A stretch of DNA of 64,000 nt from a virus (taxonomy: Duplodnaviria > Heunggongvirae > Uroviricota > Caudoviricetes): IMG/VR virus record IMGVR_UViG_3300028584_001240. One strand, 5' to 3'. Of the stretch, positions 29,451 to 39,744 are shown piece after piece (positions within the stretch are counted from its first letter, which is position 1; each line of letters opens with the position of its first letter). A program made the position numbers and the translations under genes. A model generated the notes under the pieces. It had not been told where the DNA came from. It saw nothing but the letters and a program-made list of their open reading frames with translations, and searched no databases.

Positions 29451-30512
29451 ATGAATTTATTTAAAGCAAAGACAGCCGATCAATTAGAAGAAAAATTAAT
29501 GAAGATCGTTAATGATTTCTCTCATACAGTGGGATTAAAAGATGAAGTTACAACTAAGGTCAAAAATGCAGAAGGCCACATAAAATTAGGTGTAATGGGT
29601 GGTTTAGGCATTGGTGTATTAGGTGTTCTAGGCGGTATAGCCAGTATTCCACTTGTTCCAGCGATTGCAACCACAGCCGCCATTGGTAGTTTGACTGTAG
29701 CAGGTGTTGCTATGTTAGGTGGTGGAGCTGGTATGATGGCTGGACTTTCTTATGCAGGTCTAGGCAAGTTGTATACAAAATATCAAGAAAATAAATTAGG
29801 CGACCTTACTAGTAAGATATTTGAAGAACATAGAATGAAAATTGAAGATAGTAATTTTGAAAGACAGTTTAGTGACAAATTTCATAAACAAACAGATTAC
29901 AAAACCTATTCCCAACACATGAATTTACATAGTCTCATAAATGCTGTAAAAAAAGAAGACATGACTAAAGCTCAAGAAATAGTAAGATCCATTGTAGAAA
30001 GAGCAGAACTTCCAGAAGGTAAAAACAAAAAGCAACTATTTAAAGCACCAATGGCTGATGAGTTAAGTCAGAACCTTGGAAACTTCTTTGACACATACAA
30101 AAGAAAATTATATGGTCTTGAAAATCAAAGCAAGCAAATAAAAGCAGAAAATAAAATGGGATATGGCGGATTAGTTGCCGCTCTTGGTTCATTTGGTGCA
30201 GCGGCTGGATTGGTTGCGGCTAGTTCTGCTGTTATCGCAACAGGCGGAATTTCAATAAGTGTGGCAGCAATGGGATACATTGGTATTCAAGCTATTAAAA
30301 AAGCAGGATTTGCTCAAGCTGGCAGAAATGAAAGAGCGTTGGAACTTGATGCTGAACGTCACATGCATAAAGTTGCACAAGATTTGAATATTGATGTGAA
30401 AGACTTAAAATCAATACAAACGATGATGGAAAAGAAACCTTCTAATATTGCTGAAATGAAAGAGAAGTTTATCAATGAAACAGCCTCTCGTATAAAACAG
30501 AAAATCAGTTAA
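29451..30512 (+). CDS. Membrane protein with two Gly/Ala-rich hydrophobic hairpins and basic tail
   Basis: Glycine-zipper-like segments at about aa 46-105 and 236-280; ends SRIKQKIS. Confidence 0.8.
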   Translation: MNLFKAKTADQLEEKLMKIVNDFSHTVGLKDEVTTKVKNAEGHIKLGVMGGLGIGVLGVLGGIASIPLVPAIATTAAIGSLTVAGVAMLGGGAGMMAGLSYAGLGKLYTKYQENKLGDLTSKIFEEHRMKIEDSNFERQFSDKFHKQTDYKTYSQHMNLHSLINAVKKEDMTKAQEIVRSIVERAELPEGKNKKQLFKAPMADELSQNLGNFFDTYKRKLYGLENQSKQIKAENKMGYGGLVAALGSFGAAAGLVAASSAVIATGGISISVAAMGYIGIQAIKKAGFAQAGRNERALELDAERHMHKVAQDLNIDVKDLKSIQTMMEKKPSNIAEMKEKFINETASRIKQKIS

Positions 30513-30541
30513 AAATAAAGACCATCTCATGATGGTTTTTT
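30513..30541 (+). repeat. Terminator, direct-repeat copy 1 flanking the argS cassette
   Basis: AAATAAAGACCATCTCATGATGGTTTTTT; 27/29 identical to 32378..32406. Confidence 0.8.
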
Positions 30542-30543
30542 TA

Positions 30544-30573
30544 TTGACATCAAAAGGTTATTTATGTTAATAT
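30544..30573 (+). promoter_or_regulatory. Promoter of the Arg leader/argS unit
   Basis: TTGACA-N18-TAATAT with TGn extension; 30540..30573 is 29/34 identical to the AlaRS promoter. Confidence 0.7.
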
Positions 30574-30597
30574 AGTCAACTAATCGGAGAAAAAATA

Positions 30598-30627
30598 ATG
30601 AACACTAAACTATTGAGACGACTTTAA
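30598..30627 (+). CDS. Arg leader peptide MNTKLLRRL
   Basis: GGAG SD; tandem AGA CGA codons; lies between promoter and argS. Confidence 0.7.
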   Translation: MNTKLLRRL

Positions 30628-30681
30628 TTAAATCAAAAATTACCCATTACTATTTTTTATATAATTAAAAGGAGATTCAAT

Positions 30682-32349
30682 ATGTACAAGTCCATTATTA
30701 AATCGGATATCCAAAATTATCTGACATCAAAAAGCATCACGTTAACGGTTGATGTATCGTATTCAAGTTTTGAAAATTTTCATTATCAAACATCTATCCT
30801 TTTTCAATTAAATAAAAAAGGCGACTTTGACACGGCCAGCTTGATTGATTATTTATTGAAAACCACTCATTACGAAAACATTGAAATAACAGGGAAAGCT
30901 TTTTTGTCTTTCAAAATGAATTTAATGAATACACAAACAGTGCAAACAAAACTAAAAGAAACAGTGGTAGTCGATTACTGTGGTGTTAACGTTGCAAAAA
31001 AAATGCACATCGGACATATACGGTCTATGTTTATTGGCGACTTTGTTGTTCGGAGCCATCAGAATATGGGTGATGAAGTTATTTCATATAATCATATTGG
31101 TGATTGGGGAAATCAATTTGGTTTCCTACTCAATTACATTATGAAGAATGATTTAGCAAAGAACTTAGACAATCAAAAGCTCACTGAGTATTATAAGCTC
31201 GCTTATAGTGCCTATAACCTATCCAAAGAAAGTGATGATAATTCATTTGCACTTGAATCGGATAATGTTGCGTATAATCTTCAAAATAAACTTGATGATA
31301 AATTGCTAGCTTTATGGCAAAAATGTGTCGATATTAGTTTGATTGATCTAGAAGATACAATTAAAGAATTTAAGCTCAAATTGAACATTGCTGATACCAA
31401 GGGTGAAAGCTTCTTTGCTCAGTTCTGTCATGAAATCGTTGAAGACTTAATCAAAAAACAAATTGCCAGTGTTGATGATAATGGGTCGGTGTATGTTCAA
31501 CTTGAAAATAACAAGCTGGTCATCAAAAAAACGAATGGCACCTTTTTGTATGCTCTTTATGATTTAGCCGCTATAAAATGGCGGGTAGAACAACATAACC
31601 CAGATAAAATAGTGTATGTGGTTGATAAACGGCAGTCACTGCATTTTGAAACAATCTTCATGATTGCTAAAAAAGCAGGTTATGCAACCGATAAAAATAA
31701 GCTTGTCCATTTGGGTTTTGGTACCATCTTAGGTGAAGATAATAAGCCTATCAAAACAAAAACAGGAAAATCATTGTATTTGGATGATCTGTTAATGGAA
31801 GGTAAAAATGAATTATTAAAATCTACACACTTTACAAAGCTCTCAGGTGAGATACAAACTGAGTTGTTGAATAAAACGATTGTTGGTGGTCTTAAATTTC
31901 ATGATTTAAAATTAAGCAAGCATCAAGATTATGTGTTTGACTGGAAACATGTTTTAAACTTCTCTGGTGGTTCAGCTCCTTATCTTCAAAATGCTTCTGT
32001 TCGGATTGATTCAATTTTGTTTAAGAAATACAATATGAATGAACCTAAATTAATCATTGCTGATGATATGATTTTAAACACTCAGGAAAATTGTTTATTC
32101 TTTAATGTTTTAAAAACTCAAGAGATTATCAATGAAATGAGTGCTGATTATCAAAGTCATTATTTAACCACTCAACTGGTAAGCTTGTGTACTTTGTTCC
32201 ACAAGTATTACGAAAGTGAAAAAATATTAGGACATGAAGAAGAGTATAAGAAATTATGCTTGATCGCTGCAGTGAAAGATGTCATTGAGAAAGGCTGCAA
32301 TATCTTAGGTATTGAAACCTATCCATGTTTATCAAAAATGACTACTTAA
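30682..32349 (+). CDS. argS: Arginyl-tRNA synthetase
   Basis: VDYCGVNVAKKMHIGHIRS (HIGH), NHIGDWGNQFG, GESFF, DLAAI, YVVDKRQ.LHF, IKTKTG (KMSK-like), SAPYLQNA..RI.SI, C-terminal DALR-type region. Confidence 0.96.
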   Translation: MYKSIIKSDIQNYLTSKSITLTVDVSYSSFENFHYQTSILFQLNKKGDFDTASLIDYLLKTTHYENIEITGKAFLSFKMNLMNTQTVQTKLKETVVVDYCGVNVAKKMHIGHIRSMFIGDFVVRSHQNMGDEVISYNHIGDWGNQFGFLLNYIMKNDLAKNLDNQKLTEYYKLAYSAYNLSKESDDNSFALESDNVAYNLQNKLDDKLLALWQKCVDISLIDLEDTIKEFKLKLNIADTKGESFFAQFCHEIVEDLIKKQIASVDDNGSVYVQLENNKLVIKKTNGTFLYALYDLAAIKWRVEQHNPDKIVYVVDKRQSLHFETIFMIAKKAGYATDKNKLVHLGFGTILGEDNKPIKTKTGKSLYLDDLLMEGKNELLKSTHFTKLSGEIQTELLNKTIVGGLKFHDLKLSKHQDYVFDWKHVLNFSGGSAPYLQNASVRIDSILFKKYNMNEPKLIIADDMILNTQENCLFFNVLKTQEIINEMSADYQSHYLTTQLVSLCTLFHKYYESEKILGHEEEYKKLCLIAAVKDVIEKGCNILGIETYPCLSKMTT

Positions 32350-32377
32350 AATGTAACGATTATTTCAAATTGAGGAC

Positions 32378-32406
32378 AAATAAAAACCATCTCACGATGG
32401 TTTTTT
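32378..32406 (+). repeat. Terminator, direct-repeat copy 2 flanking the argS cassette
   Basis: AAATAAAAACCATCTCACGATGGTTTTTT. Confidence 0.8.
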
Positions 32407-32409
32407 ACT

Positions 32410-32769
32410 TTATTCTGCTGGGCGTTGACTATCTATCTTTTCAAGTTTGTAAATTAAAGCTTCTTCACCACCACGAACACAAATTTCATAGACTTCACCT
32501 TCCTCATCAGATAGGGCTAAACGGCCACGATAAAGGTCAGGTGGAAATTCTTTACCATCAGGGCTATAAAACTCTACAAAACTATTAAGAACATAGCTTG
32601 TAGCACCATTTGGCATGATATGAACACCATTAAACTGATATTTGTCACTGCTATAAAAACATCTGTCAGGTGACTTTTCATCTATCTTAACAGGATCTAT
32701 AAGTTCCTCAGCGAAAGACATTGAAGCTAAACCTGAAAGTAAAACGCCTACTATTAATTTTGAAAACAT
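32410..32769 (-). CDS. Secreted/periplasmic hypothetical protein
   Basis: Signal peptide MFSKLIVGVLLSGLASMSFA; AGGAG SD. Confidence 0.8.
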   Translation of the reverse strand: MFSKLIVGVLLSGLASMSFAEELIDPVKIDEKSPDRCFYSSDKYQFNGVHIMPNGATSYVLNSFVEFYSPDGKEFPPDLYRGRLALSDEEGEVYEICVRGGEEALIYKLEKIDSQRPAE

Positions 32770-32839
32770 ATAAAACTCCTATTAAATAATGCCATTTTCA
32801 TTTTATCTACAAAAAAAATATTTTCAAGGAGTTGAATGA

Positions 32840-33439
32840 TTATTTGGTTGATTTATTAAAAAAAGAAGTCAAGAAATCAAAGTATTCAGGCCAGAAAGTC
32901 AAGAAAAAAGTTAAAAATACGCCAACAAGTAAAAAGAAAAATAATGTAACAAGCGTTATAAAGTAATTCCGCTTATCGGCGTCCATCCCTAAAAAACCTT
33001 CGACGGTTGAATCTAATTGATAAAAAGACAATCCAACTGCTGCAATGAAAGCCAATCCTAGAATAAAAATATTAGGAGTTATGGCTGATGCACCTAACAA
33101 TGAAAAGGGAATGGATAAATAAATACAATAGTTAAGGCAATAAAGAAAACCATGCTCTTTATTGAGCTTATCGGTTATATAGGCCATAAACAAGGCAAAT
33201 AGAAGCACAAATGATAGCAATGAACAATAAATAATGAAAGATAACGTCAGTGAAGCTTCATACGATAGAAATTCTCGACTGCGTTGAAAGTTATGCCACC
33301 CTACAAAGTAAGATCCCATAAACATAGAGATTGAGGGAATGAAGGGTAACATGATGAAAAGTATTAAGTTATGAGCATTTATCTTTTTAAATTTGGAAAA
33401 AATTAAACTAGCCTTGTTTGGATTCGTCAATTGCGTCAT
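32840..33439 (-). CDS. Yip1/YohC-like inner-membrane protein
   Basis: About 5 TM segments; IPSISMFMGSYFVGW resembles the YohC IP.IC.FIGTTQ.GW motif; start moved to MTQLT. Confidence 0.65.
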   Translation of the reverse strand: MTQLTNPNKASLIFSKFKKINAHNLILFIMLPFIPSISMFMGSYFVGWHNFQRSREFLSYEASLTLSFIIYCSLLSFVLLFALFMAYITDKLNKEHGFLYCLNYCIYLSIPFSLLGASAITPNIFILGLAFIAAVGLSFYQLDSTVEGFLGMDADKRNYFITLVTLFFFLLVGVFLTFFLTFWPEYFDFLTSFFNKSTK

Positions 33440-33521
33440 TTTTATCACCCCAATGTAATAAACATTCAGTGAACTTATAACACAATGCCAGTTTTTTGTC
33501 AAAGGCCGTTAATCTGGTTCT

Positions 33522-34187
33522 TTAAAATTGCATCATAGAAACAAGCGTCAATTTATTATCTAAATCATCAATAGTACTGATATCCAGCGTATCAGTGAAA
33601 GGTGGAAAGGTATCATTATAGTAATCTTCATAATTTTTATAAAATAAATACATAATTGCCATCTTATCGACTTTGTTCATGCAAAATTTTAATAGTTCTT
33701 GGTCTTTACCGTTGACACCATAAACACCTAATGGTTTATTATCTTTATTCATAAAGCAATAGATAACATGCTTAATGTCATCCCGCCAATGTTTATGTTT
33801 AGCAAGAAGACAATAAACAATTTTGTAGTCAAGCCGTAAACCAATATTGATCCAGTTCATGTCTTCAATAAAAATACTGGATATATATTCTTTTGTAATA
33901 CCATCATGAATAAAAGAATTACTTTGAATAAATTCATGTTTAAGTCGCAGGTTGAAACGGCTAATTTTTTTGACTATCTTGTAGTTTGTTTCTTTATCAT
34001 GTTTTTCAAGTGCCACTTCAAGATCAACAGCATGAATGCCATCAATAAAAACATGCAACGAATCTGCTTTTGGCGAGGTAGCGTTGATTTTAATTTTAAT
34101 GTCCATAGATTTCACATTTTGAAAAGACAATTGATTAAGAAAGTTAACCACTATCTTTTTTAGGAAATCAAAATTGTTTCTCTTCAT
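33522..34187 (-). CDS. Hypothetical protein; C-terminal-motif family
   Basis: 221 aa; ends LVSMMQF. Confidence 0.8.
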   Translation of the reverse strand: MKRNNFDFLKKIVVNFLNQLSFQNVKSMDIKIKINATSPKADSLHVFIDGIHAVDLEVALEKHDKETNYKIVKKISRFNLRLKHEFIQSNSFIHDGITKEYISSIFIEDMNWINIGLRLDYKIVYCLLAKHKHWRDDIKHVIYCFMNKDNKPLGVYGVNGKDQELLKFCMNKVDKMAIMYLFYKNYEDYYNDTFPPFTDTLDISTIDDLDNKLTLVSMMQF

Positions 34188-34243
34188 GACAGTATACCTT
34201 TTGGATTTACACTATTATAGCATTATAATAACATTTTATCAAT

Positions 34244-34269
34244 AAAAAAGACCACCGAAGTGGCCTTTT
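34244..34269 (-). terminator. Intrinsic terminator (UUCG loop)
   Basis: AAAAGGCCAC-TTCG-GTGGTCTTTTTT on minus strand; near-copy of 1154..1178. Confidence 0.8.
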
Positions 34270-34285
34270 AACAAAGTTATGTAGT

Positions 34286-34774
34286 TTAAAAAGAATTATC
34301 TTCATCAACCACTTCAAAAACATCACCGTTGTCATCGTAGTATTCGATACGTTTAACAGACATCGTTGCAAAACCTTCTGATAAAACATCTTGTTCATAT
34401 AAGATGACATAAGGTGTGCCAATCACAGGTTTATGCATACTGAATTGAACAATATCATAGTTAATATCAATGAATGTCATATTACTGAGAGAATAAACAA
34501 CGCCATCCTGATATTCACGTTTTGGATTAATTCGCTCGTCAAAAAAATTGGCTCCACTATTATACATTTTTTCTTCAACAATAGCTTTATCTAATTCTTC
34601 TGAAACCATGATGAACTCTTTTAAATAGGCTTCCAACATTGCATAATCCGAATTATGAATCGTATATGTCCTGTAAGTATACAAATCATCATTACCAGTT
34701 CCATGTTTGTATTCAAACGTAATAACGAAACAATTCTTATACTTTTTTTCTATCGGTTTTATTGTTAATTTCAT
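34286..34774 (-). CDS. Hypothetical protein
   Basis: 162 aa, AGGAG SD. Confidence 0.8.
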   Translation of the reverse strand: MKLTIKPIEKKYKNCFVITFEYKHGTGNDDLYTYRTYTIHNSDYAMLEAYLKEFIMVSEELDKAIVEEKMYNSGANFFDERINPKREYQDGVVYSLSNMTFIDINYDIVQFSMHKPVIGTPYVILYEQDVLSEGFATMSVKRIEYYDDNGDVFEVVDEDNSF

Positions 34775-34790
34775 TTGTTAACTCCTGTTG

Positions 34791-36926
34791 TTATGCAGAT
34801 TTTGGCTTATGTTCTTTGAGCACAATACCTTTGGCATCTGCGACAATCTTAATCACTTTTTCCTTTGTTGCCTTATCACGCAATTCAGTATCGTTCTTGT
34901 TGTGAGCGGCATGAACCTTCATGTTTCTGGTTAATGTAATACCCACAATAGACTTATTGTCTTTTGAAGTAAGACTAAAGTCGTAAGCAAAAACTTGAAT
35001 ATTGCCACCCTCAGTATAGGTGCTGAAGTGATAATCTTCACGACTGATACACCAAGAAGGACTGCCCATTGCTTTTGACTGCTTGAACGTATCAATTTCA
35101 AGAACCAAGTAGTCTTCGGTTTCAAACAACACTTTCACATTGTTTGCTGCAGCTTTCATCTTAATATTTGAAATCTCAAATCCATTAATACTGTTCAACA
35201 ACGACTTCAAGGCAGCATTCAAAGAGCGAGTGTTTTTAATGCTTGCCATCTTTTTACCAATCATATCTTGAAGAATGTGAGTGCTAATACCCATATCATA
35301 GAGTTCTTCCATGATTGAGAGTGTTTTATCACTATATAGGCTCTTATACTTATTACTCACAATACTCATCGCATATTGCTCAATTTTATGCTTACGAACC
35401 ACTTTGTGAATTTTGTCATCGAATTCTTCAAAAGTACGAGAAGTCTTCAATTCATTAATCATGTCAAAATTATGAGCCTTCAAAATGTTTTCATTATCAA
35501 AATAACTTTTTAAACCAACTTTCAAACCTTTAAGCGAACTAAATAGCAAATGCTGGTTGTTGACATGTTTTGTTCTCAAGTTACGCATTAACACCTTAAC
35601 TGATTTGTTCATTGATGGATTTTTACGCAACATGTGGTTAATCTCATCCATGTAACCATCCAAAACCAATTCTGTGCCAATAAAAGAACTTGGACTATAC
35701 TGAAAGCCTTCATAACCTTTTTTCTTAACAGCTACTGATTTATCATCAAATACGATAGCTGCTGTAATACTAGAATTCTTAATATTATTAATAGCGGCTA
35801 CAATATTGAGATCTCTAAATTCAGCATCAAAATCAGTGGCTTTCATAATGTCTTCATGACGTGAAGCATAGGTGTCTAAAAACCTAATAGCCAGCAACGA
35901 CTTACAATTCATGTGAATGTCAGTTTTTTCAATCAAAATTTCACAAATTTTTAAAACTTTCTTGTAGTCTGCAATCAACATATCCTGATTAAACAATTCA
36001 TGAGCTTCCCGAGAAACAAGAATGTCTTTATTGGATTCAATAAAATCAGTTAACATACGCTCTTGTTCAGCAAACAGTTCTTTGAATTTCTCATTCAAGA
36101 CTGGCCCAACTGGACGATTAACGGGCATTCCTTGATGACCAAAAAAGTTACTGTATCCTCTTGAATTTTCAAAACCTCGTGGAGCAGCACTATGACGATC
36201 TTCGGTAAAAGCCATGAACATGTCAACAAAATCACCAGATTTAACAACAAAATCTACAAACGTTTCATAACGAGTTTTAAAAAACTTATTAGATTCATAA
36301 GTCGATTCAATAATTTTATTCAACTCTTTAACTTCTTTGGCACACGTCATATGCAATGACGGAACAGCCTGTTCCCATTGTTTCAACAATGTTGAGTAAT
36401 CCACAGACAGGCTATAACTATAATAACCAATCATATATTGAATAACAGAATGCATTTGTTGGTACAAACCACGGCATTTGCTCACAAATTTAATGGTAGC
36501 CATCGCTTCTTTGCCATACTTCGATATGTCTTGCTTATTTCTTGGATTCGAATTAAAGAAACTGTTGCCATGACAAGGTTCATTATCCAAAAACTCATCA
36601 TCGAAACGCTCATCTCTTGTGAGTCGGGCTAATTGTTGTTTAAAAGGTTGCCCAGATCCTTCTAGAATAAAGGAATAATCAAGCCCAGACAAAGACTTCA
36701 AAGTATTTACATCTAGATCACTGGATGAAAGAAAAGAACGTCCTGACGCATATTGAGGACGAATATTGTTTTGATTAAACATGAATGATTTTGTAACATC
36801 TTTATTAGCTGCCAAATTTTCAAGTGCATTAAAAATAAATGGAACACTGTGCCTTGATGAGTGATGGCTGTTGTTTCTATAATCATTAAAAAAGTGTACA
36901 ATAAGTGCTTCATTCGTTTGCATCAT
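34791..36926 (-). CDS. Large hypothetical protein with C-terminal PcfJ-like/'S.WCI' domain
   Basis: Start MMQTN (GAGGA SD); YLVLEIDTFKQSKAMGSPSWCISR...F..Y. Confidence 0.7.
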   Translation of the reverse strand: MMQTNEALIVHFFNDYRNNSHHSSRHSVPFIFNALENLAANKDVTKSFMFNQNNIRPQYASGRSFLSSSDLDVNTLKSLSGLDYSFILEGSGQPFKQQLARLTRDERFDDEFLDNEPCHGNSFFNSNPRNKQDISKYGKEAMATIKFVSKCRGLYQQMHSVIQYMIGYYSYSLSVDYSTLLKQWEQAVPSLHMTCAKEVKELNKIIESTYESNKFFKTRYETFVDFVVKSGDFVDMFMAFTEDRHSAAPRGFENSRGYSNFFGHQGMPVNRPVGPVLNEKFKELFAEQERMLTDFIESNKDILVSREAHELFNQDMLIADYKKVLKICEILIEKTDIHMNCKSLLAIRFLDTYASRHEDIMKATDFDAEFRDLNIVAAINNIKNSSITAAIVFDDKSVAVKKKGYEGFQYSPSSFIGTELVLDGYMDEINHMLRKNPSMNKSVKVLMRNLRTKHVNNQHLLFSSLKGLKVGLKSYFDNENILKAHNFDMINELKTSRTFEEFDDKIHKVVRKHKIEQYAMSIVSNKYKSLYSDKTLSIMEELYDMGISTHILQDMIGKKMASIKNTRSLNAALKSLLNSINGFEISNIKMKAAANNVKVLFETEDYLVLEIDTFKQSKAMGSPSWCISREDYHFSTYTEGGNIQVFAYDFSLTSKDNKSIVGITLTRNMKVHAAHNKNDTELRDKATKEKVIKIVADAKGIVLKEHKPKSA

Positions 36927-36986
36927 AAAATCCTCATAATTTACAAAATTGTACCATTTTAAAAGCAAAATATCAACAAAAATAAG

Positions 36987-37778
36987 TCAAATTGACACCA
37001 TTTTAAAAAGTAATATAAACTGTTCTATTTCTTCTGACTTCATATTCATAAATTCAGCTAATGTGAGGCCAGATAAACTCATGATTGTATTTAATTTACG
37101 ATACATATTATTCATGATTATTTTTTTTAGATTCATCATACATTGATTTATATCAACAGATTCAAATCTGCCATTTTGAATTTTAAACAAAAAATCATAT
37201 TCTTTTGATGCCGATATAATAGTTCTGTTTTGTTGGTCATCGTCAACAGGAAATGAAAATTCAATAACAGGAAGTAAAACCTGTTCACCAGAGGGTAATT
37301 GAATTTTTGCTATCGCCAATGAACAAATCAAAGCCCTATCACGATTATATAAACCAGTATGAGATATTTTTATCGTACTGGAAAAATCGTTCGAGTTATC
37401 TTGAGTTCCATATAATTGATTAGACTGTTGCCATGTATCTTTATTAAAAGGTGATTTTAAAGGTTCATTAAAAAATGAAACAGAATCATAGAGAATATTA
37501 GCATTATGCAAAACGGCATCATAATAACAAAAATTCAAAGGAAATACATCGTTTAAAATATCAACAGTTTTTAAATGCACTGAATTATCTGAAAATAAAC
37601 TTATTAGTTTTGATGTATGAATACCATTAGTTATTTTAATACTATTTTCATCAGCATCTGTCAAAACAACATGAGTATTTTTATTAATTTTACCTAAAAA
37701 CCCATAATCATCAAATAATTGAGAAATAGTTTCGAGATCATTTTTATTCAGATCACAAATTTTAAAATTATTCATCAA
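36987..37778 (-). CDS. Hypothetical protein, paralog of 37801..38604; C-terminal-motif family
   Basis: Shared EPLK.PF...TW.Q, DFS..IKI.HT, L.IAKI, PVI.F and NRT.I.SAS...DF; ends LFKMVSI. Confidence 0.85.
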   Translation of the reverse strand: MMNNFKICDLNKNDLETISQLFDDYGFLGKINKNTHVVLTDADENSIKITNGIHTSKLISLFSDNSVHLKTVDILNDVFPLNFCYYDAVLHNANILYDSVSFFNEPLKSPFNKDTWQQSNQLYGTQDNSNDFSSTIKISHTGLYNRDRALICSLAIAKIQLPSGEQVLLPVIEFSFPVDDDQQNRTIISASKEYDFLFKIQNGRFESVDINQCMMNLKKIIMNNMYRKLNTIMSLSGLTLAEFMNMKSEEIEQFILLFKMVSI

Positions 37779-37800
37779 ACACCTCTTTATAGATAAGAAA

Positions 37801-38604
37801 TTAAACTTTTAACATATTTGAAACCATGATAAATCGTTCTCTTTCGTCATCATCCAATTGTTTAAAATCTTTCAAAGCTACATCATCCATACCAATAGAT
37901 TTTGATAAACTGTTATAAATATGAGTCACCAATGATTTATTGTGCTTTTCAAAAAAAACATCATGTTCTGAGCGGTCGAGGTAGATCATTTTACCACTGT
38001 GTTGATAAAACATAAAATCATGTTTTTGACTGGCTGAGACAATCACTGTTCTATTCGTGATTCTGGACATAGGTAAAGTGAATTTTATGACTGGAACATA
38101 CCCATAAGTGCAATCAGCAAATTTAATTTTAGCAATTGAAAGTCTATGTTTCAACACCATGCGAGAATCATGTTGTCCTGCCGATGTATGACGGATTTTA
38201 ATATTTCTTGAAAAATCATCACATAGTTTTCTCTTTCTTGGGGATGGCTTAAACTGTTCCCATGTAGAATCTTCAAATGGGATTTTTAAAGGTTCATCAA
38301 AAAAATTGTTGATTGCATAAATTGGGTTCACTTTATCAATGATTTCTTGATAATAAGAAAAATCTAATGGATAAGTCTTTTTAAGAAAGTCAATAATAGG
38401 CAATGCCATTTTAGCGTCAGAATAATTGAGATGTATCGTAGCTGCATAATTCTGATTCGATACACTAATTCGATTAGACTGAGAATCGACAATGGATGTG
38501 TGAACATCCAAGTATTCACGGCCTAGTGAGAATCCACTACCAAAAGAGGCAGTGATTTCTTTTAAATCATCTTTTATTAACTTGCAAATAATAATATTTT
38601 TCAT
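37801..38604 (-). CDS. Hypothetical protein, paralog of 36987..37778; C-terminal-motif family
   Basis: ATGA overlap; ends VSNMLKV. Confidence 0.85.
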   Translation of the reverse strand: MKNIIICKLIKDDLKEITASFGSGFSLGREYLDVHTSIVDSQSNRISVSNQNYAATIHLNYSDAKMALPIIDFLKKTYPLDFSYYQEIIDKVNPIYAINNFFDEPLKIPFEDSTWEQFKPSPRKRKLCDDFSRNIKIRHTSAGQHDSRMVLKHRLSIAKIKFADCTYGYVPVIKFTLPMSRITNRTVIVSASQKHDFMFYQHSGKMIYLDRSEHDVFFEKHNKSLVTHIYNSLSKSIGMDDVALKDFKQLDDDERERFIMVSNMLKV

Positions 38605-38963
38605 AATTTAACCTTCTGACATAAGTCTTTTATGGATGCGTCGTCTTTTTCTTTTTTTACTCGTTCTAAAATAAGATTACGTTTTGTTAATTCAGCATGA
38701 GCCATAATGAGAGCCTGCAAAACCCTTTTATAATGACCAGATTCACAGATATTGTAAGGGTCATTAGAAAGTATTTTAAAGGTGTTCGCTTCAAAATTAT
38801 AGACAAGAAGTGTCGGTTCTTCCTCTCTGCGAATAAATAAGAAATGATTCTTAATTTCATAATAGAAAGGTAGTTCTGGAAGTTCATTATAGGTGGTGTT
38901 AAAACGTAATTCATCAATAATCGCATTGACAATTCGTTTCCTTTCAAAATAGTTGCCAAACAT
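38601..38963 (-). CDS. Hypothetical protein
   Basis: 120 aa, GAGGGG SD, coupled to downstream gene. Confidence 0.75.
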   Translation of the reverse strand: MFGNYFERKRIVNAIIDELRFNTTYNELPELPFYYEIKNHFLFIRREEEPTLLVYNFEANTFKILSNDPYNICESGHYKRVLQALIMAHAELTKRNLILERVKKEKDDASIKDLCQKVKL

Positions 38964-39142
38964 AGAAGCCCCTCATGAGTTTGATGAATTATAGCAAAAT
39001 TCAAAGGAAACATCAATAAATTTTTATAATATACTAAAAGAAAGTGTTCAATAACACCAAACCATTTGAATACCACTCATCAGGAGGATGTTGGTGAGGC
39101 GTTGAATTATAATTATTTTGTGATATATTCTGAGGCACTTTA

Positions 39143-39574
39143 ATGAGAATAAAAAAGGATATTGATATGTTTTCGATTGCAACATTAATAAGTGGGATCT
39201 GTTGGTTACTGGTGGCTATCACATTGTTAGCCGATTTTGCATTCTTAAAAAACAGCCCTTCATTGTCCATAATATTTAATATCATTAGCATTGTTTTCTT
39301 CGTTGTAGGTTGTTCATTATTTATATACAGCCGACACCTTTGTAGTAAAATTAGAAAATTTAAAAAGAAAACAAAATCTAAACTACAAAAATTAAATAAA
39401 GAAGGACGGCTTCAATATCTCTCGACAGTTAAAAAGTATGACTTCATGACAGAAAGTGGGAGACTTAATAACTGGCGAGGGGTGCTTTATTGCCTACAAT
39501 TGAAAATTCCTGAATATATTCTCACGAAGACAATAATCGAAGAACTTAATTTCGAAGACAATCGGGAGGAATAA
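39143..39574 (+). CDS. Membrane protein (2 TM) with basic tail
   Basis: GAGG SD; two hydrophobic segments. Confidence 0.75.
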   Translation: MRIKKDIDMFSIATLISGICWLLVAITLLADFAFLKNSPSLSIIFNIISIVFFVVGCSLFIYSRHLCSKIRKFKKKTKSKLQKLNKEGRLQYLSTVKKYDFMTESGRLNNWRGVLYCLQLKIPEYILTKTIIEELNFEDNREE

Positions 39575-39575
39575 T

Positions 39576-39734
39576 ATGAACGATAATGAAACAAAAGCCG
39601 TAAAATTATGTGTAGCAAGTATTTTATTTATGATGGGAATGTGGATTTTTTTTGGTTTCAAACATCATAGCTCTGGTTACGAATATCAAGCACTGTCCGA
39701 ATACAACACCATCCCAGAATACAGTGGATTGTAA
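39576..39734 (+). CDS. Small membrane protein (52 aa), not in the ORF track
   Basis: GGAGG SD; MNDNETKAVKLCVASIFIMMGMWIFFGFKHH...GL*. Confidence 0.7.
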   Translation: MNDNETKAVKLCVASILFMMGMWIFFGFKHHSSGYEYQALSEYNTIPEYSGL

Positions 39735-39744
39735 AAAAAGAGAC

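Noticed and set aside
32330-32349. ArgRS C-terminus LSKMTT as a member of the MxxI motif family
   Set aside because: Met is at -3 and corresponds to the normal conserved ArgRS terminal Met.
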